A DNA stretch of 37,565 nucleotides from Acidimicrobiales bacterium (lineage in GTDB: Bacteria > Actinomycetota > Acidimicrobiia > Acidimicrobiales > CADCSY01). The notes beneath the pieces were generated by a model. It was not told the origin of the DNA. It did no database searches and worked only from the letters and a program-made list of their open reading frames with translations. This document shows positions 25,448 through 34,247 of the stretch, piece after piece. How positions within the stretch are numbered: position 1 is the first letter of the stretch; every line of letters begins with the position of its first letter. A program made the position numbers and the translations under genes. Location: contig DASZDM010000233.1 in NCBI GenBank assembly GCA_035942015.1, forward strand, positions 1-37,565, in the 5' to 3' direction.

Positions 25448-26380
25448 GTGCCCAGAACAGTAAGCATCTCCCTGCCGCCGGAACGCAGCGCCGGGCTGTG
25501 CCGCCGTCTCCAGGATATGGACGGCACGCTGTCCGTACGGCTGCATCGGGGTGTATCGGTGCAGCCAGAGGGAGACGTGGTCGAGGCCGAGGTCCTGGAC
25601 CGAGACATCGGACAGGTGATGGCCCTTGTCGACGATGTCGGGCTCGGACAGGATTCCTCCGTCTCGGTCACCACGAGCGCACCTTCGAGCGTCGTCAGTG
25701 CCGGTCAGATGAACGCCGTCGTCCGCGACACGAGCACGTCGACGTGGGAGGAGATCGAGTTGACGCTCGGGCGCGAGAGCACGATGACTTCGCTCAAGGT
25801 CGTCGTGATGGCTCTGGTCGGCGTCGTGGCCGCGGCCGGCATCCTCACCGGTGCGCTGCACGTCGTGGTCGGGGCCATGGTGATCGCGCCTGGGTTCGAG
25901 CCGCTCGTACGGATCGCCCTCGGGCTCGTACATCGACGTCGCAGCTGGCGAGACGGTCTGGTCGACAGCGCTCGCGGTTACGGAGCGCTGCTCCTCGGCG
26001 CGGCCGCCTGCGCCGGCCTTCTGTCCGCCTCGGGGACCTCGCTGCCGGAGGGAACAGCGACCTACCACTCAGGTGCGGCGCTCGTGTCCTACTGGACCTC
26101 CACGACGGTGGGGTCGGTGATCGTCAGCGTCGCTGCCGGCGTTGCCGGTGGGCTGCTTGTCGTTGCCCGTCGGTCCGTGCTGACCGCTGGTGTAATGATC
26201 GCGTTGGCCCTCGTGCCGGCGCTGACCATGGTCGCCATATCGGCCGTCTCAGCCGATCCAGCTCTGCTGGGCAGCGCCGCCCTGCGCTGGCTGGTCGACG
26301 TGGTCGCCGTAGTCGCCGCGTCCGTGGCCGTGCTCGCGCTTCACCGACGTACCGATCCGAGACCCAGCCCCGAGTCGTAA
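25448..26380 (+). CDS. DUF389 domain membrane protein
   Basis: GTG start, 310 aa. A soluble N-terminal ~110 aa is followed by Gly/Ala/Val-rich TM helices (GALHVVVGAMVIAPGFEPL), as in DUF389 proteins. Confidence 0.75.
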   Translation: MPRTVSISLPPERSAGLCRRLQDMDGTLSVRLHRGVSVQPEGDVVEAEVLDRDIGQVMALVDDVGLGQDSSVSVTTSAPSSVVSAGQMNAVVRDTSTSTWEEIELTLGRESTMTSLKVVVMALVGVVAAAGILTGALHVVVGAMVIAPGFEPLVRIALGLVHRRRSWRDGLVDSARGYGALLLGAAACAGLLSASGTSLPEGTATYHSGAALVSYWTSTTVGSVIVSVAAGVAGGLLVVARRSVLTAGVMIALALVPALTMVAISAVSADPALLGSAALRWLVDVVAVVAASVAVLALHRRTDPRPSPES

Positions 26381-26555
26381 CCCATGCCATCCGCCCCACC
26401 CGGTGCGGCGTGGGTGCAGCCAATGCAGGCTCGGCCCTTGCGACAGCGACACGAAGACATGAGCAAAGAAACAACCGGTTCGCACTGAGCAGACCGCTCC
26501 TTACCGCAGCGGCGGGGCGTGAACTGGAGAAACTGCAAGATGATCCCGTCTCACT

Positions 26556-28061
26556 TCAGCTAGCCGGGGACTCGACCGCCCGGAGCGGTGGCCCGTCGGC
26601 GGCGCAGTGGTAGTGATCATCGGTCGCCAGAGCGTCGGCGTCCGGCTCGACGAGCTTCTCGGCCAGGATGTCGTCGGTGATGGTCGCCCACGACACGGCC
26701 GCCGCCACGACCGCCAGCGCGGCGGTGAGAAAGGCGGCAGTACGGAAGCCCGAGGCGAACGCCGCCGGATCGGTGAAGTCGTCACCGGTGATGCCGGCGA
26801 GCACCGGCAGGGCGGCCACGGCCAGGAGTTGGGCGACTCTGGCCACGGCGTTGTTGACGCCCGACGCCACGCCGGCGTGGCGTTCGTCCGCTGCGGCCAA
26901 CACGGTGGCCGTCAGCGGCGCCACGGTGAGAGCCAAGCCGAGACCGAAGACGACCGCCGCCGGCAGGACTGTTGCCGTGTAGCTGGAGCCGGGTTGGATG
27001 CGAGCCATGAGCGCCAGGCCGGCACCGACGACTAGAGGACCGAGGGTCATCGGAAGGCGGGGACCGATGTGCGACGCGAGGACGCCGGCCTTGGCCGAGA
27101 GCACCAGTAGGAGGAGGGTGACCGGCATGAGGGCCAGGCCACTTTCGACGGGGGAATAGCCGAGCGACGTCTGCAGGTAGGTGGCCAGGAGGAAGAACAT
27201 GCCGCCGAGAGCCGCATACATGGCGAGGGTCATGAAGTTCGCTCCGTTGAACTGACGAGAGGTGAAGATGTCGAGGGGCAGCAGCGGATGCCGTCCCCGC
27301 CGCTCGGCGGCCACGAAGCCGGCCAGCCCGACGACGCCGGCGACGCCGGCCAGCATCACCAACGGTGAGGTGGCCCCGCGTCCGGGGGCCTCGATCAAGG
27401 CGTACGTCACGCCCCCGAGGCCGACCGCACCGAGGAGCCCGCCGGCGATGTCGATCTCGCCGGTCACCGTCGGGTCCAGCGTCTCGGGAACGTAGCGGCG
27501 GGTGATCACCGTCACGGCCACGGCCAAGGGCAAGTTGAGCAGGAAGACCCAGCGCCAAGACCCCTGCTCCACCAGGTAACCGCCGAGCAGGGGACCGACG
27601 GCGGTGGCCACCCCGCCGAGTCCCGACCATGCACCGATGGCCCGGGCCCGGTCACCGGGGGCAAAGGACGCCTGCAGGATGGCCAGCGATCCGGGGGCCA
27701 ACAGCGCCGCACCCACCCCCTGCAGGGCCCGGGCTGCCACCAACGTCGAGATGTTCGGGGCAAGCCCACAGAGCGCGCTGGCCGCCGCGAACCAGACCAC
27801 CCCGACAAGGAAGACCCGCCGGCGACCGAAGCGGTCGCCGAGGGAGCCACCCAGCAGGATCAGCGCGGCCAGAGGAAGCAGATAACCGTTGAGGATCCAC
27901 TGCAGTCCGGCAGTGGTCGTGTCGAGGTCCCGGCCGATGGCCGGCAGAGCGACGTTGACCACGGTGGCGGTCAGCCCGGCGATACCCGAGCCGAGGATGG
28001 TGGCGACGAGCACCCAGCGCCCCCGTCGAGAGGAGAATGTGATCGCCGGCGGCGCGCTCAC
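26556..28061 (-). CDS. MFS transporter, DHA2/EmrB-like (14-TM type)
   Basis: 501 aa. Motif A-like GSLGDRFGRRRVFL and about 14 hydrophobic segments. Confidence 0.9.
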   Translation of the reverse strand: MSAPPAITFSSRRGRWVLVATILGSGIAGLTATVVNVALPAIGRDLDTTTAGLQWILNGYLLPLAALILLGGSLGDRFGRRRVFLVGVVWFAAASALCGLAPNISTLVAARALQGVGAALLAPGSLAILQASFAPGDRARAIGAWSGLGGVATAVGPLLGGYLVEQGSWRWVFLLNLPLAVAVTVITRRYVPETLDPTVTGEIDIAGGLLGAVGLGGVTYALIEAPGRGATSPLVMLAGVAGVVGLAGFVAAERRGRHPLLPLDIFTSRQFNGANFMTLAMYAALGGMFFLLATYLQTSLGYSPVESGLALMPVTLLLLVLSAKAGVLASHIGPRLPMTLGPLVVGAGLALMARIQPGSSYTATVLPAAVVFGLGLALTVAPLTATVLAAADERHAGVASGVNNAVARVAQLLAVAALPVLAGITGDDFTDPAAFASGFRTAAFLTAALAVVAAAVSWATITDDILAEKLVEPDADALATDDHYHCAADGPPLRAVESPAS

Positions 28062-28068
28062 GCCATAG

Positions 28069-28521
28069 TCAGCGGTTCACGTAGGCCTGGCCGATGACAT
28101 ACGCCATGACCGCACAGGCCAGGCCCACGTCGACCAGCACGGCCAGCACCCGCGCCCGACGGATGGGATCGGTGAAGCGGAACCAGCCGACGACGAGAAA
28201 GAAGCCCAGCGGCAGCATGCCGCCCACATAGTGGATGTAGAGCTGGACCACCCCCATGCCCTGGTCGAGAAGCTTGATGCCGAGAAGGGCTTGGACCATC
28301 AACAGCACCTGGCTGACCACAACCAGGATCTGGCCGCGGCGATCGAAGGGCCGGCGCTTGACCGCCAACCACGTCAGCCAGACCGCGGTGGCGGCCAGAC
28401 CGGCGATCACGAGTGCGCCGTTGAGGCGGTGCACCCAGGGTTGGACGATGAAGTTGTCGATCTTGCCTCCGCCGAGGTCACCATTCGATTGGGCGGTCAC
28501 GGCCAGTTCCAAGAGCACCAT
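28069..28521 (-). CDS. membrane protein (4 TM), hypothetical
   Basis: 150 aa with 4 clear hydrophobic helices. The stop lies 7 nt upstream of the MFS start, so the two are probably co-transcribed. Confidence 0.65.
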   Translation of the reverse strand: MVLLELAVTAQSNGDLGGGKIDNFIVQPWVHRLNGALVIAGLAATAVWLTWLAVKRRPFDRRGQILVVVSQVLLMVQALLGIKLLDQGMGVVQLYIHYVGGMLPLGFFLVVGWFRFTDPIRRARVLAVLVDVGLACAVMAYVIGQAYVNR

Positions 28522-28565
28522 GGCCGGCAGGGTAGCGACGAGGCATCCAGCGGTAGCGTGCTCCC

Positions 28566-29375
28566 ATGGGGACCAGGCTCGTGGTGGTGGGCGGCGGACG
28601 TATGGGTGAAGCGCTCACCGGCGGGCTGTTGGCTGCAGGATGGGGTCGGGCCGACGAGCTGTGCCTGGTCGAGACGCGAGCCGAGCGCCGCCGTGAGCTG
28701 AGCGAACGCTTTCCCGGTGTGGCCGTGGCCGAGACGCCGCCGCCGGCCGAGGGCGTGGTGCTCGCGGTCAAGCCCGGCGACGTGGTGGAGACGGCGGGGG
28801 CGGTGGCCGGCGCGGGCTTCGACCGGGCACTGTCCATTGCCGCCGGGGTCCCGTTGGCCACCCTGGAGACCGCCCTTTCCGCCGAGGCCGGTCGACGTCC
28901 GGTGCTACGCGCCATGCCCAACACCCCTGCCCTGGTGGGCGCCGGAGCGGCGGCCGTCGCGGCCGGAACCTGGGCCGGTGAGGCCGACCTGGCCTGGGCC
29001 GAGCAGATTCTCGGAGCGGTGGGCACGGTCGTGCGGGTACCCGAACGCCTGCTCGACGCCGTCACCGGGCTGTCCGGATCGGGCCCCGCCTACCTGTTCC
29101 TCGTAGCCGAGGCGTTGACCGATGCCGGCGTCCTGGTGGGACTGCCCCACGAGGTGAGTGCGGCGCTGGCGGTCCAGACCTTGCTGGGCTCGGCTCGGCT
29201 CCTGGCCGAGACCGGGGAAACAGCGTCTGCGCTGCGGGCCGCGGTGACCTCCCCGGGCGGCACCACCGCCGCCGGTCTGCGGGCACTGGAGGCTGCGGGC
29301 GTCCGGAGCGCCCTGGTCGAGGCCGTAGCCGCCGCCACCGAACGCTCCCGCCAGCTGGGTAGCTCGAACGCTTGA
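28566..29375 (+). CDS. proC: pyrroline-5-carboxylate reductase
   Basis: 269 aa. Contains VVVGGGRMGEAL, RAMPNTPALVGAGA, GLSGSGPAYLFLVAEAL and VTSPGGTTAAGL signature segments. Confidence 0.95.
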   Translation: MGTRLVVVGGGRMGEALTGGLLAAGWGRADELCLVETRAERRRELSERFPGVAVAETPPPAEGVVLAVKPGDVVETAGAVAGAGFDRALSIAAGVPLATLETALSAEAGRRPVLRAMPNTPALVGAGAAAVAAGTWAGEADLAWAEQILGAVGTVVRVPERLLDAVTGLSGSGPAYLFLVAEALTDAGVLVGLPHEVSAALAVQTLLGSARLLAETGETASALRAAVTSPGGTTAAGLRALEAAGVRSALVEAVAAATERSRQLGSSNA

Positions 29376-29654
29376 CGGGAGCCACTCTTACCAGTGACTA
29401 GCTGCAGCGCTGGTTGACCCGCTCTCCCCCCGTAGCGGCTGCGACATCCGCCATGTAGACAGCATCGGGGTCGTTGGTGGGTGGAGCATCAAGCGTGACG
29501 AGCCACCGACCGGCGCTCACGTAGCTACCCGTCGAGATGCCTGTTTGCACCAGTGGGCTCCGGCCGTCTGTTCACGCTCTGCCCGCTCCGCCGGGGTGGT
29601 GAACAGGAAGATCAGCGCGCAAAACCAGGGAAGCCCCACTTCCCCCTTCCGCCC

Positions 29655-29672
29655 CAGTGGCCTACAGTGGCC
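29655..29672. repeat. direct repeat CAGTGGCC-ta-CAGTGGCC
   Basis: Two identical octamers with 10-bp periodicity, 19 nt upstream of the HTH gene ATG and just 5' of its SD. Confidence 0.4.
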
Positions 29673-29690
29673 CCAAGCGGAGAAGGGGTG

Positions 29691-29891
29691 ATGTCCATGG
29701 CCCAGATCTCGGGTCGCGTCCAGTACCTGACCGTCGCCGAGGTGGCCGAGACCCTCCGGGTGTCGACCATGACCGTCTACCGACTCATCAAGTCGGGGGA
29801 CCTGGGCGCCGTGCGGGTGGGGAAGTCCTACCGGCTCTCGATCGACGAGGTCGATCGCTACCTGGCCCGGGGATACACCGAAGCGGGGTAG
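29691..29891 (+). CDS. excisionase-family helix-turn-helix DNA-binding protein
   Basis: ATG at 29691 with SD GGAGAAGGGG. 66 aa, with LTVAEVAETLRVSTMTVYRLIKSGDLGAVRVGKSYRL. It occupies the same position downstream of proC as the equivalent small HTH gene in mycobacteria. Confidence 0.85.
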   Translation: MSMAQISGRVQYLTVAEVAETLRVSTMTVYRLIKSGDLGAVRVGKSYRLSIDEVDRYLARGYTEAG

Positions 29892-29907
29892 TCACCGATA
29901 GCGTCGC

Positions 29908-30813
29908 GTGCCGATGCCGGCCCGCTTCGACACCGTTTCGTTCCTGTCCGACTACGGGACCGACGACGAGTTCGTCGGTGTGGTGCGGTCGGTCATTCGC
30001 GGCATCGCTCCCCACGTGACCGTCGTGGACGTCACGCACGGGATACCGGCCCATGACATCCGTGCCGGAGGGCTGGCGCTGGCCCGCGCCGTCCAGTACC
30101 TCGCACCCGGCGTGGTCCTGGCGGTGGTGGATCCGGGCGTGGGTACCGGCCGGCGGGCGGTGGCGGTGGAGGTGACCGAGACCGACAGCATCTTCGTGGG
30201 GCCCGACAACGGGCTTCTGGCATCGGCGGTGGCCATGGCCGGCGGGGCCAGCCGGGCTGTCATCCTCACCAACACCGACTTCCACCTGCCCACGCCGGGC
30301 GAGACCTTTGCCGGGAGGGACGTGTTCGGGCCCGTCGCCGCCCACCTCTGCAACGGCGTGGCCCTCGACGAGCTCGGCGAACCCGTCGAGACCTCCAGCC
30401 TCCTGCCCGGCGTGCTGCCGCTGGCCCGCACGGAGCACGGGCAGCTGATTGCCGAGGTCCTGTGGGTGGACCGGTACGGCAACGTGCAGCTCAACGTCGG
30501 CCCGGAGGAGATCGAGCCCCTCGGCGATCCCGTCGTGCTCACCTTCGGAGGCACCACCCGCATCGCGGCGCGAGCTGCGGCCTACGGCGAGATCGGTGCC
30601 GGCGCTATCGGCTTGGTGATCGATGCCTACGGCCTGGTCTCCGTGGCCTCCGACCGCCACTCCGCCGCCGCCGAGCTGGGCCTCGGCACCGGTGACAGTG
30701 TCACCCTGGGTGAAGCCGAGGCCGCCACCAACGGCCGCCCGGTCACGGCTTCTACCACGACGGTCACACTTCGCCCGACCCGCTCGACGGACGCCATCAA
30801 GGAGGACGGATGA
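29908..30813 (+). CDS. SAM hydroxide adenosyltransferase / SAM-dependent chlorinase-fluorinase family (DUF62)
   Basis: 301 aa. Contains FLSDYGTDDEFVGVVRSV, VVDPGVGTGRRAV, VGPDNGLL and FAGRDVFGPVAAHL motifs. The start is GTG 29908 or ATG 29914. Confidence 0.9.
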   Translation: MPMPARFDTVSFLSDYGTDDEFVGVVRSVIRGIAPHVTVVDVTHGIPAHDIRAGGLALARAVQYLAPGVVLAVVDPGVGTGRRAVAVEVTETDSIFVGPDNGLLASAVAMAGGASRAVILTNTDFHLPTPGETFAGRDVFGPVAAHLCNGVALDELGEPVETSSLLPGVLPLARTEHGQLIAEVLWVDRYGNVQLNVGPEEIEPLGDPVVLTFGGTTRIAARAAAYGEIGAGAIGLVIDAYGLVSVASDRHSAAAELGLGTGDSVTLGEAEAATNGRPVTASTTTVTLRPTRSTDAIKEDG

Positions 30814-30896
30814 GACCGGCGACCACGGTGGCCATCGCCATCCTGCTGCTCATGATCCTGGCCGCAGGAGTGATCCAGTTCGTGGCCCTGACCTAG
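30810..30896 (+). CDS. candidate 28-aa hydrophobic micro-protein
   Basis: The ATG at 30810 overlaps the upstream TGA (ATGA). The product MRPATTVAIAILLLMILAAGVIQFVALT* is a single TM helix. There is no homology evidence. Confidence 0.35.
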   Translation: MRPATTVAIAILLLMILAAGVIQFVALT

Positions 30897-30920
30897 AACC
30901 CCTGACCTAGAACCTAGAAC
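30888..30920. repeat. short tandem repeat CTGACCTAGAACC x2 plus a partial third copy
   Basis: CTGACCTAGAACC occurs at 30888-30900 and 30902-30914, then TAGAAC at 30915-20. That gives three CTAG tetramers within 30 nt. The repeat contains the stop codons of both convergent genes. Confidence 0.7.
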
Positions 30921-31291
30921 AAGGTGCGACACAGGCGGGTGATCTCCCGCTCCAGGGACTCCAGGCCCTCGACCTTGCCCAGCACCAGTGAGACCCCGAC
31001 CTCGGCGGCCCGGCGCTCGAGCTCGGCGTCGACGAAGGCGGTGTAGAGGATCATCACCAGGTCGGGGTGCCCGGCCCGGATGCGTGCCGCGGTCTCCAGC
31101 CCGTCGAGGGCGGGCATCTTGTAGTCGATGACGGCCACGTCGATGGTTACCTCGTCCACCTTCTCCAGCGCCTCCGCACCACTGGCGGCCTCGGCCACCA
31201 CCGAGAACCCGTCGAGATCCAACATGTTGCGCAGCATGCGCCGGACGTGATCGGTGTCGTCCACCACCATGACCCTGATCGGCTCGTCCAT
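30914..31291 (-). CDS. stand-alone response-regulator receiver (CheY-like)
   Basis: Start taken at ATG 31289-31291 (MDEPIRVMVVDDTDHV...), with an alternative ATG at 31342. 125 aa, with acidic pocket DD, phospho-acceptor context DVAVIDYKMPALDG, and LYTAF...GK. The upstream 238 codons of the track ORF are antisense to the lipid kinase gene. Confidence 0.85.
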   Translation of the reverse strand: MDEPIRVMVVDDTDHVRRMLRNMLDLDGFSVVAEAASGAEALEKVDEVTIDVAVIDYKMPALDGLETAARIRAGHPDLVMILYTAFVDAELERRAAEVGVSLVLGKVEGLESLEREITRLCRTLF

Positions 31292-32278
31292 CGCGGCCAC
31301 GACGCTACCGCTCTCGGCATCCCTTGCTTCGGACGGCCCCATGCAACTGCTACCGTCGCCGTCGCGAACCTCCTTCTCGTCGTCAACCCCTCGGCCTCTG
31401 CGGTCACCGCCCGGGCCCGGGTGGTGATTCACAAGGCGCTCGCGGCCGATCACCAGGTCGACCTGATCGAGACCAGCCGGCGGGGCCACGCCACCCGCCT
31501 GGCCCAGGGTGCCGCCGCCGAAGGTCGCGACGTGGTCGTGGTCCTGGGTGGCGACGGCACGCTGAACGAGGCGGCCAACGGTCTGGCCGGATCGGACACC
31601 GCCATGGCCGTGCTCCCCGGCGGCTCCACCAACGTCTTCGCCCGTACGCTGGGCTTGCCCAACGACCCCATCGAGGCCACCGCCGCCGTGCTCGAGGCCC
31701 TGGAGAGCGGCGCCATCCGCCGGGTCGGCCTGGGATCGGTCAACGGCCGGTACTTCCTGTTCCACACCGGCATCGGCTTCGATGCCGCGGTGGTCGCCCA
31801 GGTCGAGCGGCGGGCCGGCCTCAAGCGCTACGCCGGCCACCCGCTGTACTTCTACGCCACGCTCTCGACCTGGTTCCGCCACTACGACCGCAGCCGTCCC
31901 CGCTTCGCCGTGCACATGCCAGGCGGTGCCGTGGTCGACGACGCCTACTTCGCCGTGTGCGCCAACACCGACCCCTACACCTTCATGGGAAAGCGAGCCC
32001 TGCACCTCACCCCCGACGCCACCTTCGACCGGGGCCTGGCCCTGTTCAGCCTGCGCTCCCTGGCCCTGTCAACGGTCCTGTCGGCGGCCAGCTCGGCGCT
32101 GGCCTCGGGAGCTCGGGCCCGGCGCCACCGGCTCAGCGACTACCGCAGCGATCTGGCCGAGGTCACCATCCGGGGCTACGGACCCTTCCCCTACCAGGTC
32201 GACGGTGACTACCTGGGCGAGGTCGACGAGCTGGTCTTCCGTCACGAACCCGACCTGCTCGGGCTCGTGGTTGCCTGA
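31247..32278 (+). CDS. diacylglycerol kinase-family lipid kinase (start uncertain)
   Basis: LLLVVNPSASAV, VVVLGGDGTLNEAANGL and AVLPGGSTNVFAR are DAGK_cat motifs, and a YegS-like C-terminal half follows. The conserved domain begins near 31365. The only in-frame canonical start upstream of it is GTG 31247. Confidence 0.8.
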   Translation: MIGVVHHHDPDRLVHRGHDATALGIPCFGRPHATATVAVANLLLVVNPSASAVTARARVVIHKALAADHQVDLIETSRRGHATRLAQGAAAEGRDVVVVLGGDGTLNEAANGLAGSDTAMAVLPGGSTNVFARTLGLPNDPIEATAAVLEALESGAIRRVGLGSVNGRYFLFHTGIGFDAAVVAQVERRAGLKRYAGHPLYFYATLSTWFRHYDRSRPRFAVHMPGGAVVDDAYFAVCANTDPYTFMGKRALHLTPDATFDRGLALFSLRSLALSTVLSAASSALASGARARRHRLSDYRSDLAEVTIRGYGPFPYQVDGDYLGEVDELVFRHEPDLLGLVVA

Positions 32279-32347
32279 GCCCTTGCGCCACCCCGGGCGT
32301 CGCCGTAGAATCGACCGCTCCACAACCGTCTTCCTGGAACAACCTCC

Positions 32348-32671
32348 ATGTGGAGACGCCATGTGAAGTCGGTCACGAGATGCGGGGGAGCAGTGGCGCT
32401 GACAGCAACGGACTACAACTCTTGGGCGCTTGAGGAGTGGCGTGTCGACGCCTCCTGTCGCAACGCCGATCCCGACCTCTTTTTTCCGGTGGGCACCACC
32501 GGGCCGGCGGTGTCGCAGATCGAGGCGGCGAAAATCGTGTGCCGGGCCTGTCCCGTGCGCGAGCCCTGCCTCGAGTTCGCACTGACCACCAACCAGGATT
32601 CGGGCGTATGGGGGGCGGCTTCTGAGGAGGAGCGGCGCCTCCTACGCCAGCAACGCCGCCGGGCCTCCTAA
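32348..32671 (+). CDS. whiB: WhiB-family transcriptional regulator
   Basis: Four Cys in the WhiB pattern (ASCRN...FFPVG...VCRACPVREPC), the G(V/I)WGG-like turn DSGVWGA, and a basic tail RRLLRQQRRRAS. The start may instead be GTG 32393. Confidence 0.9.
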   Translation: MWRRHVKSVTRCGGAVALTATDYNSWALEEWRVDASCRNADPDLFFPVGTTGPAVSQIEAAKIVCRACPVREPCLEFALTTNQDSGVWGAASEEERRLLRQQRRRAS

Positions 32672-32723
32672 CAGGCTCGTTGCGCTCGCCCGAAGGACGT
32701 GGTCCCGCCTTCGGCGGCGCGCA

Positions 32724-34244
32724 TCACCGTTCCGACAGGGCAGGCCGTGCTTCGCTCGCCGCCTCGTCGGCCAGGGGGACCCGCACCTCTACCGCCGTTC
32801 CGCGGCTGTCGCCGGCAAGGGGGCTCTCCATGGTGATCGACCCCTCCAGCTGGGTGGTGACGAGGCTCCGTACGATCGACAGACCCAACCCTCGGGTCTC
32901 GACCAGCGAGAAGCCCTGAGGCAGACCGACTCCGTCGTCGACCACCCGCAGGATCAAGCACTCGCCGTCGTTGTCGACGGCCACCTTCACCGTCCCGCCC
33001 ACCGAGTCTCCTTCGCTCATCGGGTTCATCGGGAAGGCGTGATCGGCGGCGTTCTGCAGGAGCTCGGTCAGCACCACCGCCAGGGGCGTGGCCACCCGAG
33101 CGGGAAGACGCCCGGCGTCGCCCTCGCACCGAAAGCCCACCGGTCGGTCGGGAGACACCAGGCTCTCCTCGACCATGCGCACCAACGGCCGGACGATCTC
33201 GTTGAAAGGGACGTCCCCGGTCCCCTCCTGTGACAGTGTGTCGTGCACCAGGGCAATGGAGCGGATGCGCCGGACGGACTCCTCGATGGCCCCCTTGGCC
33301 TCGGCTGAGGTGAGGCGACGGCCCTGGAGCCGCAACAGCGAGGAGATCGTCTGCAGGTTGTTCTTGACCCGGTGGTGGATCTCGCGAATGGTGGCGTCGA
33401 GTGAGACCAACATACGGTCCCGGCGGCGCAGCTCCGAGATGTCCCGCAGCAACAGCAGCGCCCCAGTCGCCCTCCCGCCCTCGAGGAGAGGGAGGCATCG
33501 CAGCAGCACCGTGATCTCCTGGCCCCGCTCGAGCTCCTCGGTGACCGGGGCACCGATGGCGAAGGCAGTCTCCACCGCCACCTCCTCCAGGCCGAGGGTT
33601 CCCAGCCGCTCGCCCTGGGGGTTGGCGTGCATCCCCAGGCGGTGCAGGGCGGAGACGGCGTTGGGAGAGGCGTATTCCACCCGTCCCTCACCGTCGAGGA
33701 CCAGCGCTCCATCCCCCACCCGGGGTGCTTCCTCCGTCTCGGTGTCCTCGGCGGCGAAGGGGAACGTGCCCTCGGCGATCATGACGGCAAAGCGGTGGAA
33801 CACCGAGAGGTAGGTCCGCTCCAGCTCACCCGGTGGCCGGCTGAGCGACGGAATCGACTCTCGGCTGAGGACGGCCACCACCTCGCCGTCCCAGCGCACG
33901 GGGACGGCGAGGACCTGGAGGTGCCCGGGGACGGGGAGGACGTCGACTGCGCCCTCGACCGTGCGACCGCCCGTGAGGGCCTGGGTCACGACCGGGCGCC
34001 CTTCGGCGGTGACCACGGTCCCGACGAAATCGCTGTGGTAGACCGTCTGACTGGTGGTGGGACGGACCTGACCGGCCACGACGAAGCGTCCGCCGTCACT
34101 ATCGGCCAGCGGGACGAACAGCAGCAGGTCGGCGAAGCAGAGGTCGGCCAGAGGACCCCACGACGCCACCAGGCGGTGCAGGTGGGCGACGGCGGCACCA
34201 TCGAGGCCACCTCGGGTACGGGCCAGCTCGGACAGGGTCCCCAC
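32724..34244 (-). CDS. pdtaS: PdtaS-type sensor histidine kinase (GAF/PAS sensor, HisKA_2, HATPase_c)
   Basis: 506 aa and soluble. H-box IREIHHRVKNNLQTISSLLRLQ and ATPase motifs ELLQNAADHAF and DDGVGLP...GLGLSIV. It sits adjacent to and convergent with whiB, as pdtaS does next to whiB1 in mycobacteria. Confidence 0.88.
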   Translation of the reverse strand: MGTLSELARTRGGLDGAAVAHLHRLVASWGPLADLCFADLLLFVPLADSDGGRFVVAGQVRPTTSQTVYHSDFVGTVVTAEGRPVVTQALTGGRTVEGAVDVLPVPGHLQVLAVPVRWDGEVVAVLSRESIPSLSRPPGELERTYLSVFHRFAVMIAEGTFPFAAEDTETEEAPRVGDGALVLDGEGRVEYASPNAVSALHRLGMHANPQGERLGTLGLEEVAVETAFAIGAPVTEELERGQEITVLLRCLPLLEGGRATGALLLLRDISELRRRDRMLVSLDATIREIHHRVKNNLQTISSLLRLQGRRLTSAEAKGAIEESVRRIRSIALVHDTLSQEGTGDVPFNEIVRPLVRMVEESLVSPDRPVGFRCEGDAGRLPARVATPLAVVLTELLQNAADHAFPMNPMSEGDSVGGTVKVAVDNDGECLILRVVDDGVGLPQGFSLVETRGLGLSIVRSLVTTQLEGSITMESPLAGDSRGTAVEVRVPLADEAASEARPALSER

Positions 34245-34247
34245 CGC

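Noticed and set aside
29892-29907. Expected tiny ribosomal protein bS22-like gene downstream of the proC-HTH pair, as seen in mycobacteria
   Set aside because: No Lys/Arg-rich ~33-codon ORF is present. The DUF62 gene follows after 16 nt.
31292-32005. N-terminal extension of the response-regulator ORF (363 aa in the track)
   Set aside because: It is antisense to the DAGK-family gene and Gly/Val/Ala-rich without domains. The receiver domain starts at the internal Met.
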